A stretch of 64,000 bases of DNA from an uncultured Chthonomonadaceae bacterium (GCA_963817895.1 CAWFQB010000004.1:480001-544000); one strand, 5' to 3'; shown: positions 10,751 to 20,038, numbered from the stretch's first letter. Translations and numbers: made by a program. The notes: generated by a model not told the origin, from the sequence alone.

Positions 10751-12883
10751 ATGAAGCGCTTGATTGCCTGTATTCTTGTGGTTGGAATGGCGCTCCTGTT
10801 GAGTGGATGCGGCGGCGGGGGATCGGGGTCGAACGGCTCCTCATCCTCTACCACAGGCCGACAAACAGGACAGGCCACCTTTACCATCGCCTGGCCCACA
10901 TCCGGCAAACAGGCGGCCATCCAACCCGCCCCCGGTAAACCCGCGTCCCGCGTTTCGCGGGTGATACCGGATTCCGTCGCCAGCATCCGCATTACGATTA
11001 CAAACGGGGGTGTGATTGTCGGCGATAAACTGTTTCCGCGCCCATCACAGGGCGGGCAAACGAGCGCGGCTATCAGCGGCCTGCCTGCCGGTGTTCCGCT
11101 CACGGCAACGGTGTACGCTTTCCCCAACGCGGCGGGAACCGGCGTTCCGGTCGCGCAGGCGTCCATTCCCATTGCCATTGTCGCCAACCAGAACACGCAG
11201 GCTCCCACGATTACGCTCGACAGCGCGATTAACCATGTGGATGTGACGCCGGGTACGCTGCTTGCCGCCGGCCAAAGTGTTACGGTTTCTGCGGGCCAGA
11301 CCCTATCCCTTACAGTCGGGCAAACTCTTCCCCTTGTCGCCACCCCCCGCGACAGCTCCAACAACGTCGTGCTGATCGCGCCCGGCAATCTGACGTGGGC
11401 TTCCAACAATGCCGCCGTTGCGATTGACCCGGCTTCGGGCGTCATCACGGCGAAACAGCCCGGCGCGGCCAACATCGTGGCAACCGTGAAAGTGGCGAAC
11501 GGCGATCCCGGCATCGCGTCCCCCGCCTTTCCGGTTGTCGTCCATGTCAACATCGCCTTTAATCCCACTGCGGTTGTTATGACCATCGGGCAAAGCGTGA
11601 CCTTTTCCGCCACGCTCACGCCTGCGGGCAGTGGCGGCGTCACGTACAGCGTTCAGGAGGGGAGTTCGGGCGGCAGCGTCAACCCGTCTACGGGAGCCTA
11701 TACCGCCCCCGGCACAGCCGGAACGTACCACCTCGTAGCCACCAGTCAGGCCGATCCAAGCCAGAGCGCGACAGCAACTATCGTGGTGCAGGAAGCGGCT
11801 CACGCGGTTGTCACTGCCAGCCTGCAATTCGCCACCATCACGCCGCAAAGTTCTCTCACTCTTGCCGCGTCCGTGCAGGGCAAGACCAATACGGGCGTCG
11901 CGTGGAGCATACAGGAGGGCGCGGCGGGCGGAACCCTGACAGCCGATGCCAGCGGAACCGAAACCTACACCGCCTCGAACAACCCCGGCATTTATCACAT
12001 CGTCGCCACCAGTCAGGCCGATCCGTCGCAGGCAGCCGTATCCACGATTGTCGTTCAATTCGCGCCTGCCGCCATCTACTCCACCCTGAGCGCGGCCACT
12101 CTTGCCCCGCAAACAAATGTGACGCTGCGGGCCATTGTCGCCAACCAGACAAGTACGGGCGTGACGTATACCATTCAGGAGGGCAGCGCAGGCGGCATCC
12201 TGACCGCGAACCAGGACGGAACCGAAACCTATACCGCGCCGGGTACAGCAGGCACGTACCACATTGTCGCCACCAGTCAGGCCAATCCTTCGCTTGTGGC
12301 GGTTTCCACAATCACGGTTCTGGGCCAGGCGGGAGCCGCCATCCATCCGAACCTGACGGCTGCGATTGTGTTCCCGCAAAGCGCCCTGACGCTGCGAACT
12401 ATCGTGACCGGCTACGCGAATACGGGCGTGACCTATACCATTCAGGAGGGCGCGAGTGGCGGAACTCTGGTTGCGAACCCGGATGGAACTGAAACCTACA
12501 CGTCGCCGAACACGGCGGGAACCTATCACATCATGGCGGTCAGTCAGGCCGATAATACGCTTGTTGCTGTGATCCCGATCTCTGTAACGGGAAGCCAGTC
12601 AGCAGTGATTATCATTCCGCCCACAGTGACGCTTACCTTGCAGCAAACCACGTCGTTCTGCGCGGCTGTCGCCAATATGATCAACAATACGGTTACGTGG
12701 AGTATTCAGGAGGGCGCGAGTGGGGGCGCGTTGTCAGGGCAGGCGGGCAACACAACCAACTATACGGCTCCCACCACGCCGGGAACCTATCACCTGATTG
12801 CCACCAGCCAGGCGAACGGGGCATTGCAGGCAACCGCAACAATCACAGTGAAAGCGGGCGCGCTCAACGTCACGGTAAATTAG
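10751..12883 (+). CDS. Lipoprotein with N-terminal beta domain, Big_2-like domain and five tandem Ig-like repeats (candidate stalk subunit)
   Basis: Lipobox LLSG-C, ATFTIAWP..SRVIP, five repeats of about 88 aa containing QEGxxGG..YTAP..GTYH.VATSQA, C-terminus TVKAGALNVTVN. Confidence 0.85.
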   Translation: MKRLIACILVVGMALLLSGCGGGGSGSNGSSSSTTGRQTGQATFTIAWPTSGKQAAIQPAPGKPASRVSRVIPDSVASIRITITNGGVIVGDKLFPRPSQGGQTSAAISGLPAGVPLTATVYAFPNAAGTGVPVAQASIPIAIVANQNTQAPTITLDSAINHVDVTPGTLLAAGQSVTVSAGQTLSLTVGQTLPLVATPRDSSNNVVLIAPGNLTWASNNAAVAIDPASGVITAKQPGAANIVATVKVANGDPGIASPAFPVVVHVNIAFNPTAVVMTIGQSVTFSATLTPAGSGGVTYSVQEGSSGGSVNPSTGAYTAPGTAGTYHLVATSQADPSQSATATIVVQEAAHAVVTASLQFATITPQSSLTLAASVQGKTNTGVAWSIQEGAAGGTLTADASGTETYTASNNPGIYHIVATSQADPSQAAVSTIVVQFAPAAIYSTLSAATLAPQTNVTLRAIVANQTSTGVTYTIQEGSAGGILTANQDGTETYTAPGTAGTYHIVATSQANPSLVAVSTITVLGQAGAAIHPNLTAAIVFPQSALTLRTIVTGYANTGVTYTIQEGASGGTLVANPDGTETYTSPNTAGTYHIMAVSQADNTLVAVIPISVTGSQSAVIIIPPTVTLTLQQTTSFCAAVANMINNTVTWSIQEGASGGALSGQAGNTTNYTAPTTPGTYHLIATSQANGALQATATITVKAGALNVTVN

Positions 12884-12896
12884 GAGCAACACGTTT

Positions 12897-14561
12897 ATGC
12901 GCGGTTTAACACAATCTATCTCCATGGCTCTGCTTCTGCCGCTTGCCGTATTTCTGTGCGGATGCGGCGGCGGAGCGGGCAAAAACGCGCTTGCCGGGGC
13001 GGGGCGCAAGGGCGGCAAGGGCAAGCTGACCGTAACCTTCAAATGGCCCACGCCCGCAAAGGCGGCAAAACGCCATCGCTTTATTCCGCTCGCGTCCATG
13101 AGCGTAGTTGTCAGCGTAAACGGGCCGACCGGCTACACGGCCACCTCCCCGCCCCTGACGCCAACCGGCAGCGGGGTGGGCGCGACAAGCACGTATACTT
13201 TCAATACCGTTCCCACCGGCACGATTGCGGTGACATCCAAAGCGTTTCCCAACCCGGATGGAACCGGAACCGCGCAGGCCGGCGCGACCAATCCCAACGT
13301 CACCATTCAGGCCGATCAGACTGCTAATCTGAATCTGACAATGGACACCACCATTGATAACGGTCACACGACGATTACCGGGTTAGGCCAACTAACGCGG
13401 ACGCGCGCTTCCAATTACACCGTCATCTTTCAGGATGGCGGCGGCAACACGGTACTGGTGGCTCCCAATACCGTCACATGGGGTACGGATGACCCTACCA
13501 TCGCCCTGGTGACAGTGGTTTCCCCGGATGGATTGACAGCAGCCGTATCGGGCATTTCGGCGCGTGAAACCAACATTCACGCCATCTATCAGGAACCCGG
13601 CGAGGCGGCGCAGTTTCCCAACAACCCGAACCGCTCCGGCAATTTCGACCTGAAAGTTTTGCCCATCATCTATATCTGCGACAATGGCAACAACAACATC
13701 GTGGAAATAGATAACATCAACGGGGATAATCGCGCCACACTGCCCCCCTCCGGCGCAGGCTATGCGTTTTCGCAGCCGCAGGGTGTTGCTGTTGATTCCG
13801 TTGGTGGGGTGTACGTGGCGGATACGGGCAACAATCGCCTGGTTCGGATCAACAGGGCGGACGGTTCGGATTTAGTGTCCGTGTCAACCCTCAACGGCAG
13901 GAACCTCAATACGCCGACCGCCGTTGCCATTGATAACAGCGACAACATCTATATACTGGACGACGGCAATTCCCGCGTAGTACAGTGTACCTACACCCCG
14001 AACAACTCGATCAATTTCGTACAGGAGTGGCCCATCAGTTCCGGGCTATTTCACAATGCCCTGACCTCTACGGACCCCGGAACGTTCACGTATACTGAAG
14101 TCCTTACGAGCCGCGCCAATGGCCCCTCACCCGCTATCGTTCAATTCGACGGCTCGGCTTCCAGCGTTTTCCACGGGCAGGGCGTGGTTGCGCTGAAATT
14201 TCCCTGGGGCGTTGTCAACAACTCCGGCAGCCTGATTGTGGCCGACCGGGACGGCAACCAACTGCTTCAACTGGACGGGCAAGGCAGCAGCAACGGCATT
14301 ATCAACTTCGATACCATCACCGTCGCTTCCCGCCTCAACTCGTTCAATAATATCGCGCTGAACGCGCCTCGCGGACTCGCGGCGGACGGCTACAGCAACC
14401 TGTATATCGCGGACACGGGAAACCAACGCATCATCCAGAACTCCAATTTTATCCGCCTGGGGCTGTTTTCTTCCTCTCCCACGTATACCCCGTCCGGCGG
14501 TTCTGCGCTGAACGCTCCCTACGCCGTAGCCGTAGACCCGCCGGAACCGCCACGATTTTAA
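12897..14561 (+). CDS. Lipoprotein with homologous N-terminal beta domain and C-terminal NHL propeller (candidate tip adhesin)
   Basis: Lipobox FLCG-C, LTVTFKWP..HRFIP, NHL motifs PQGVAVD..YVADTGNNR and PRGLAAD..YIADTGNQR. Confidence 0.85.
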   Translation: MRGLTQSISMALLLPLAVFLCGCGGGAGKNALAGAGRKGGKGKLTVTFKWPTPAKAAKRHRFIPLASMSVVVSVNGPTGYTATSPPLTPTGSGVGATSTYTFNTVPTGTIAVTSKAFPNPDGTGTAQAGATNPNVTIQADQTANLNLTMDTTIDNGHTTITGLGQLTRTRASNYTVIFQDGGGNTVLVAPNTVTWGTDDPTIALVTVVSPDGLTAAVSGISARETNIHAIYQEPGEAAQFPNNPNRSGNFDLKVLPIIYICDNGNNNIVEIDNINGDNRATLPPSGAGYAFSQPQGVAVDSVGGVYVADTGNNRLVRINRADGSDLVSVSTLNGRNLNTPTAVAIDNSDNIYILDDGNSRVVQCTYTPNNSINFVQEWPISSGLFHNALTSTDPGTFTYTEVLTSRANGPSPAIVQFDGSASSVFHGQGVVALKFPWGVVNNSGSLIVADRDGNQLLQLDGQGSSNGIINFDTITVASRLNSFNNIALNAPRGLAADGYSNLYIADTGNQRIIQNSNFIRLGLFSSSPTYTPSGGSALNAPYAVAVDPPEPPRF

Positions 14562-14658
14562 AGGTATCAGGTATCAGGTGTCAGGTGGCCTGATTTTTCC
14601 CGATTATCGCGGTTAAGATAATGAGGATCATGTACTGACACCTGATACCTGATACCTT
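14561..14658. repeat. 24-bp perfect inverted repeat of heptamers (AGGTATC)
   Basis: aaggtatcaggtatcaggtgtcag 14561-14584 versus ctgacacctgatacctgatacctt 14635-14658. Confidence 0.8.
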
Positions 14659-14676
14659 CCTTAAAGGAGACATGCC

Positions 14677-15342
14677 TTGCAGCGCAAACAGGGTTTACAC
14701 ATATTGGCGATGCTGATGCTTTGCCTGGGGCTTGCTCCCGCCGCGCGCGCGCAATTTGCCGGCGGCAGCGCGCTTGTCCGATTTGACGCGACGCGCAAAG
14801 AGCAAACAAGAGTATATGGCGCATTCGACGTTTATCCGTTTGCGCCGTTTACCACTGGTGGCAATTTTGCGAATGGTTCTTCCGGCACACAGACGAATTT
14901 CGGCGCGCTCATTGCGACCAACATCGGAATCAAACCGGCGAAATCGCGCAATGCCGTGGAAGTTGGGGGCTGGTTTTGGACGCGGGGCGGTTCCAGTCTG
15001 AGCCAATACCATATACGGGGATTTTTCACGCCCGAATTCGGCGTTCAATTCAGCTATTTGCAATCCTCGCGCGCTCCCGGCGCGGCATACACGGCGTTTT
15101 TTGTTTATGACCTGCTTTCCACCCGCGTCAATCCGCAGTCCACGCGCCACTGGTCTATTGAAGGCGGTCTGGGCGGCTTCTTCGATCTTGCGGCGGGACG
15201 CAGCACGTCTTCCGTCACCATGTACGTGCAGGGCAGCTACCAATTGGTCGGCAATCTCAGCGCCAATGCCGGTATCTGGTATCTGCGCGACCGCTCCGAC
15301 GACCTGAACCGCTTTACCGTTGGCTTAGGGTACAATTTCTGA
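14677..15342 (+). CDS. Small outer-membrane beta-barrel protein
   Basis: AAAGGAG RBS, Sec signal ending ARA-Q, alternating aromatic and Gly strands, C-terminal beta-signal FTVGLGYNF. Confidence 0.75.
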   Translation: MQRKQGLHILAMLMLCLGLAPAARAQFAGGSALVRFDATRKEQTRVYGAFDVYPFAPFTTGGNFANGSSGTQTNFGALIATNIGIKPAKSRNAVEVGGWFWTRGGSSLSQYHIRGFFTPEFGVQFSYLQSSRAPGAAYTAFFVYDLLSTRVNPQSTRHWSIEGGLGGFFDLAAGRSTSSVTMYVQGSYQLVGNLSANAGIWYLRDRSDDLNRFTVGLGYNF

Positions 15343-15349
15343 AATTCTT

Positions 15350-15512
15350 GTTAGCCGCGAATGAACGCGAATAAACGCAAATGAGAGACAAAAATATTCA
15401 ACGCTGTTTGCTGCCCTATGTTTTTTTTGCAGCCCGCTATATTTATACGTGGATGCTGACTGTTTGTAACACTCGGCCCATTCGCGTGTATTCGCGTGTA
15501 TTCGCGGCTAAC
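15350..15512. repeat. REP-like imperfect inverted repeat (GCCGCGAAT family)
   Basis: gttagccgcgaatgaacgcgaataaacgcaaatg versus cattcgcgtgtattcgcgtgtattcgcggctaac. Confidence 0.7.
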
Positions 15513-18500
15513 CTTGCATTTTTCCTCTGCTTCACTCTGGCAAACGCGGCGTGGAGTGACGAGGCTCCGATTCTGCGCGTCAATCCGGGCGGGCATACCG
15601 CGCAGGTGCGGGCGGTGCAGTTCACGCCGGATGGACAGCAGTTGATTTCCGCCGGGTTCGACAAAGTGGCGCGGGTCTGGAATTTGCGGACGGGGCGGCA
15701 AAGCGCGATACGGTTTCAGATCGGGCCGGATTTGGACGGGGCCGTAAAATCCGCGGTGATTTCCCCCGACTCGGCTTCGCATCTGCTCGCGCTGGGCCTG
15801 ACGAGTTCGCACGGCAACATTCTGCTGCTGGATTACACAACGGGCAAACTGGTCGGCAAACTGAGCGGCCACGCGGCCCGCATCCAGACCGCGCATGGCG
15901 ATATTCTGAATACCATCACGGGCCTTGCGTTCTCGGGTGACGGCAAAACGCTGGCATCGTGCGACACGGACGGAACTGTTCGATTGTGGGACGTTGCCGG
16001 ACAGAAATCGCTGCACGAGTGGTCATTAAAGGATCGGCAATCCCGCCCGTATCTTGCCGGGATCGCCCTTTCGCCGGACGGTTCGCAGCTTGCGGTCGCC
16101 AGCAATCATGAAACAACCCGCAACGCTTTCAGCGGGGATGTGCTTGTGTGGGACACGCATACTTTCAAGCAGACGCAAAAATGGCAGTGGCGCGATTTAA
16201 TCAACTGTATTGCCTGGTCGTCGCAGAACGCGCTCGCGTTCGGCAGCCGGGACGGAACCATTCAAATCTGGAACGCCCGAACCGCTTCCAAACCCGAACG
16301 CCTGCCCCGCCAGAAAGATACGGTTGTGTGCCTCGCGTTCAGCCCGGACGGGCGCGAACTGCTCAGTGGCGGTGGCGAAGGCGGGCAGGATTTGTCGGCA
16401 AGCGTATGGACCGGTCCCGATTTCCACCTTACCCGTACCTATCTCACTCATGCCGCGCCGATTTTCGCCTGCGCCCTTGCCCCGGACGGAGCGCAGGCTG
16501 CAACCGGCGATCTGTTCGGAACCATTCACGTCTGGAAAACCGATACCGGTGATGAAGTTCGCGCTTTGCAGGGAACCGGCAAGCCTGTGTTCGCCGTCGC
16601 CTGGTCGCCGGACAACGCGCAGGTCGCCTGGAACACGACGTTCAAAAGCGCGAAACTGGAAGCCGGGTTCGATCTGTCCCGCGCCGTACCCGCCGATGCG
16701 TTCGACCCGACGCTGCCCTGGAAGGGTGGGGAAACGCAGGGCGCGGGCGGTCAAATCAACATCGCTTTCGACAACGCCAGCCTGACAATGGGGGAGAAAC
16801 CCGGCGGCAAGGGCGGCAACCCGAAGCGTATTTCCGCGCAAACCGGCGATCTGTTCCGTTGCGCCACATATGCCCCGGAAGGCGGCGTAATTGTCGGCTC
16901 GGATCAGTATCTCGCGCTGTACGCCAAACCGGACGGCCCGCCCACGCGCCTGTTTGAGGGACACGAAGGCCCCGTCACTGCGGTTGCCGTTTCACCCAAC
17001 GGCAAATTTCTGGCCTCCGCTTCGATGGATCAGACCGTTCGCGTCTGGAGTCTCGACCCCAAAGACGAGGTTGTCGTTCTTGGGCGGCGCGTTGTCCGTC
17101 CCCTGCTGTCCATTTTTCAGGCCAACGACGATGATTGGGTGGCATGGACGCCGCAGGGGTATTACAACGCTTCGGCAACGGGCGACCGCTTGATCGGCTG
17201 GCACGTCAATCACGGCCTGGACAAACTGCCCGACTACTATTCCGCCGACCGGTTCGCGCCCCTGCTGTACCGCCCGGACATCATCTTTTACCAGTTCAAA
17301 ACTGGCAGCCTTGTCGAAGCCTTGCAGGAAGCGGACAAGGCGCGGGGCAAGCAGACCGTTGCCTACGACATCAATCAGGATTTAACCCGCCTCGCCCCGC
17401 GTCCCGTCGCGATTCAGTTTCCCGCCGAAGGCAGCGCTGTAGACAGCCCGGAACTGATAATAGGCGTGAAGTACGAGGGCAACGCGCAGAAAAGCGTCAG
17501 CGTGGGCGCGGTCGTGCTGGAAGCGCCAAGCGCGCGCAGCGTTGTCGAAGTGGATGCGGGCGCGGCGGCTAACGGGCAGAAACTCACAGTTCCCCTTGTG
17601 CCGGGACGCAACACGATTCGCGTTTATGCCGTCAATGCGCAGGGGGTGCGCGGCCTGGCTTCGGAACTACACGTCACCTACAACGCGCCCGCCGGTGAAG
17701 AATCCGGCCCGCATTTCGACACGCTGCATCTGCTGACAGTGGGCATCGGCAAATTCCCGAAACTGGATGAAAAGTGGCAGTTAGGGTACACCACGCAGGA
17801 CGCCAAAGCCGTAGACGCCCTGTACCGCGCCCAACAGGACAAACTGTTCAGCCATGTAGACGCGAAATCCCTGCTGGATTCAGAAGCGACGGGCGACAAC
17901 ATCATGCGATCCATCGAAGACCTGAGCAAACAGGTCGGCAAAAAGAAGCGCGATTTCGTTGTCTTGTTCGTCTCCTCGCACGGTTTTCCCGGCGGCCCGG
18001 ACAAAACCTCGCTGTTCTTCGCGCCCTCCAACCTTGACGCTTCCAGTCAGGCGAAGATGGAGGAAACGGGCGTGGCGTGGAACAAGATCATCGAACAGTT
18101 AAAGCAGCTCCCCTGCCCCGTTCTGCTGCTGATTGACACCTGCCATTCCGGGGGCGTAGGCATTGAACTGTTCCGCTCGTTCGACCCGGTAAAAGGGCGC
18201 GGATTCGACCCGCGCCGCGAAGCCATCCGAGAAGCGACGGAAAGCGGCCTGTACGTCCTGTCCGCCTGCCGCCCCACCGAGCAGAGCCTGGAAACCGAAG
18301 CGTGGATGCACGGCGCGTTCACCAAAGCGTTTCTGGAAATGGGGCAGGCGCAAAATAAAGCCCGCGTAGACCCGGACGGCGTGATTATCTTCCGCAACGC
18401 CTTCGACTACGTGTTCAACCGCGTCCGCGAACTCGTCGCCCCCGGCAAGCAAAGCCCCAAACTCTACGAACCGCTCGACTCCGCCGGCGACCTACCCTTG

Positions 18501-18515
18501 CTGAAAGTGCGCTGA
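15453..18515 (+). CDS. Secreted WD40-repeat protein with C-terminal caspase-family (C14) peptidase domain; start uncertain
   Basis: GH..WD repeats, DWVAWTPQGYY, catalytic SSHG and DTCHSG motifs, HGAFT; signal-like N-terminus. Confidence 0.85.
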   Translation: MLTVCNTRPIRVYSRVFAANLAFFLCFTLANAAWSDEAPILRVNPGGHTAQVRAVQFTPDGQQLISAGFDKVARVWNLRTGRQSAIRFQIGPDLDGAVKSAVISPDSASHLLALGLTSSHGNILLLDYTTGKLVGKLSGHAARIQTAHGDILNTITGLAFSGDGKTLASCDTDGTVRLWDVAGQKSLHEWSLKDRQSRPYLAGIALSPDGSQLAVASNHETTRNAFSGDVLVWDTHTFKQTQKWQWRDLINCIAWSSQNALAFGSRDGTIQIWNARTASKPERLPRQKDTVVCLAFSPDGRELLSGGGEGGQDLSASVWTGPDFHLTRTYLTHAAPIFACALAPDGAQAATGDLFGTIHVWKTDTGDEVRALQGTGKPVFAVAWSPDNAQVAWNTTFKSAKLEAGFDLSRAVPADAFDPTLPWKGGETQGAGGQINIAFDNASLTMGEKPGGKGGNPKRISAQTGDLFRCATYAPEGGVIVGSDQYLALYAKPDGPPTRLFEGHEGPVTAVAVSPNGKFLASASMDQTVRVWSLDPKDEVVVLGRRVVRPLLSIFQANDDDWVAWTPQGYYNASATGDRLIGWHVNHGLDKLPDYYSADRFAPLLYRPDIIFYQFKTGSLVEALQEADKARGKQTVAYDINQDLTRLAPRPVAIQFPAEGSAVDSPELIIGVKYEGNAQKSVSVGAVVLEAPSARSVVEVDAGAAANGQKLTVPLVPGRNTIRVYAVNAQGVRGLASELHVTYNAPAGEESGPHFDTLHLLTVGIGKFPKLDEKWQLGYTTQDAKAVDALYRAQQDKLFSHVDAKSLLDSEATGDNIMRSIEDLSKQVGKKKRDFVVLFVSSHGFPGGPDKTSLFFAPSNLDASSQAKMEETGVAWNKIIEQLKQLPCPVLLLIDTCHSGGVGIELFRSFDPVKGRGFDPRREAIREATESGLYVLSACRPTEQSLETEAWMHGAFTKAFLEMGQAQNKARVDPDGVIIFRNAFDYVFNRVRELVAPGKQSPKLYEPLDSAGDLPLLKVR

Positions 18516-18601
18516 ACGCCTTTTTGCCCTCCCGCGCATCTTCCCAATGCGTGGTGAACTCAATTACTACATGTGAATTTTCAAGCCTCATGCCTAAATT
18601 T

Positions 18602-19351
18602 TTACTGCATTGATGCGCTACAAGATACGCATTTTTTATTTTTCGCCTCCTGTTGATGATTGCAATAGCGACAACGAACCAGTTCTTCGCCAGGCTGAGG
18701 CAGGCCATATCCGTTCGCCATATTGCGCTTCGCTTGCTCGCGTCTGTCGAGTTTTTGTGTTTGCGCTTCAGCGCGGTGTTTCTCATGATCTTCCTGGGAG
18801 ATGGACAACTGCTGACCAATCGCCTTCTGAATTTCAGGAGCAATTTCATTCGGATTGAACCTGGATACCAGATAGGCGCGACCAGCATACAACCCCATGC
18901 TCACGACGAGAATAAGAGAACTCCCTGCCAGTTCCCATTTGCCTGCCGTACTGCTTTTAGCTGTTAAGGTCGCCACTCCTACAAGCATACCCACGATAGC
19001 CACCACCAGTGTCATACCGCCTGCTGTAATCATCCACCTCTTCTGTCTTCCTTTAGTAATCGGGATCATGTCAGCTTGTAACCAACCGCAAGAAGGGCAT
19101 GGGACTGGTTCAATAGCGCTATTAAGCACGGCATCAAGTATGTAATTGACATTATGGCGTTTAGGTTCCATTAGGCTGCTTAAAGGACCGGTTGCCTTAC
19201 GAGTTACCTGATAAACGTAACCAACCTGACACTTCTCGCACTTGACCGTTTTGGCGCGTGTGCCTGTAATGGTTCCCGTACTCGATTCGCCCTTGATTTT
19301 TGAAACACCTTCCGCCCCATACACTATCAATCTCAAGAGTAAACGAAGCAT
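18602..19351 (-). CDS. Hypothetical membrane protein with zinc-ribbon CxxC motifs
   Basis: CEKC, CPSC, two TM helices, CRYC..CVSC; GAGGAG RBS; AT-richer than flanks. Confidence 0.6.
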   Translation of the reverse strand: MLRLLLRLIVYGAEGVSKIKGESSTGTITGTRAKTVKCEKCQVGYVYQVTRKATGPLSSLMEPKRHNVNYILDAVLNSAIEPVPCPSCGWLQADMIPITKGRQKRWMITAGGMTLVVAIVGMLVGVATLTAKSSTAGKWELAGSSLILVVSMGLYAGRAYLVSRFNPNEIAPEIQKAIGQQLSISQEDHEKHRAEAQTQKLDRREQAKRNMANGYGLPQPGEELVRCRYCNHQQEAKNKKCVSCSASMQ

Positions 19352-19406
19352 TATTCCTCTCCTCAAGGCGTCATGTAGATGCCACGCTATCCACAAGCAT
19401 GAAACG

Positions 19407-19709
19407 TTATCTTGATGCCTGTTCGGAACGACGTGAGACTACTCGTATAGATACGCCCCTAATGCCGCGCCGTCCATTGCTGCGGTTCTGTGTTTCAATG
19501 ACATACTCGACTTCATCCCCTATTTGGCATTGGGATACTAGACTTTGCTTGCTGACAGTGACAAGCGGCGGGCAGCTGGCCCAATTCATGTCAGTATCTA
19601 TCCGCTCTTGTTGCCAGAAAGCCTTCAATTCCGCTGAGTTTTGTACACGAATGTTCCGCTGATTGCTACTAAACGGCACGATTTCGCCACGAACAGTAAA
19701 CTGTGCCAT
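19407..19709 (-). CDS. 100-aa hypothetical protein, C-terminus resembling an OB/cold-shock fold
   Basis: QIGDEVEYVIE..GRRGIRGVSIRVV pattern. Confidence 0.45.
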   Translation of the reverse strand: MAQFTVRGEIVPFSSNQRNIRVQNSAELKAFWQQERIDTDMNWASCPPLVTVSKQSLVSQCQIGDEVEYVIETQNRSNGRRGIRGVSIRVVSRRSEQASR

Positions 19710-19727
19710 CTTCTTGCCCTTTCGATG

Positions 19728-19820
19728 CTACTCTACAGCTTTTGCGTTAGCTCCAAGCAGGATACTTCCCGCCAGATACCAGAGGAAGGCATGGGTATCT
19801 ACGAAATGCTTTGTTTCCAC
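19728..19820 (-). pseudogene. Truncated PIN (VapC-like) toxin, 30 codons
   Basis: METKHFVDTHAFLWYLAGSILLGANAKAVE then stop; near-identical to the N-terminus of the gene at 48127. Confidence 0.8.
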
Positions 19821-20038
19821 TAAAGTTCAATGTCCTCATGCCACTCCGCGCCCTTAAAATCTTCTTCCGTCAGCGATTGAAGTTGAGGAAACATCCCAAA
19901 GGTTATCAACTGTGACGTTGTGGCTGGCGTTGGGTCGTCAGGAGTAACCGTAATCTTGTATTTGCGTGTACCCGGCAACTGGCTCAACTGCTTCACAAGT
20001 TGTTCCGGCGTTCCTTCATGAATCTGCGCGTGTGCCAT
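19820..20038 (-). CDS. Putative antitoxin (72 aa), copy 1
   Basis: 58 of 72 residues identical to 47909-48127 by hand count; TAGTG stop/start overlap with the PIN remnant. Confidence 0.75.
   Translation of the reverse strand: MAHAQIHEGTPEQLVKQLSQLPGTRKYKITVTPDDPTPATTSQLITFGMFPQLQSLTEEDFKGAEWHEDIEL

Noticed and set aside
11640..12860. Diversity-generating retroelement template and variable repeats in the Ig-repeat gene
   Set aside because: Differences are not adenine-specific, all copies are coding, and there is no reverse transcriptase in the window
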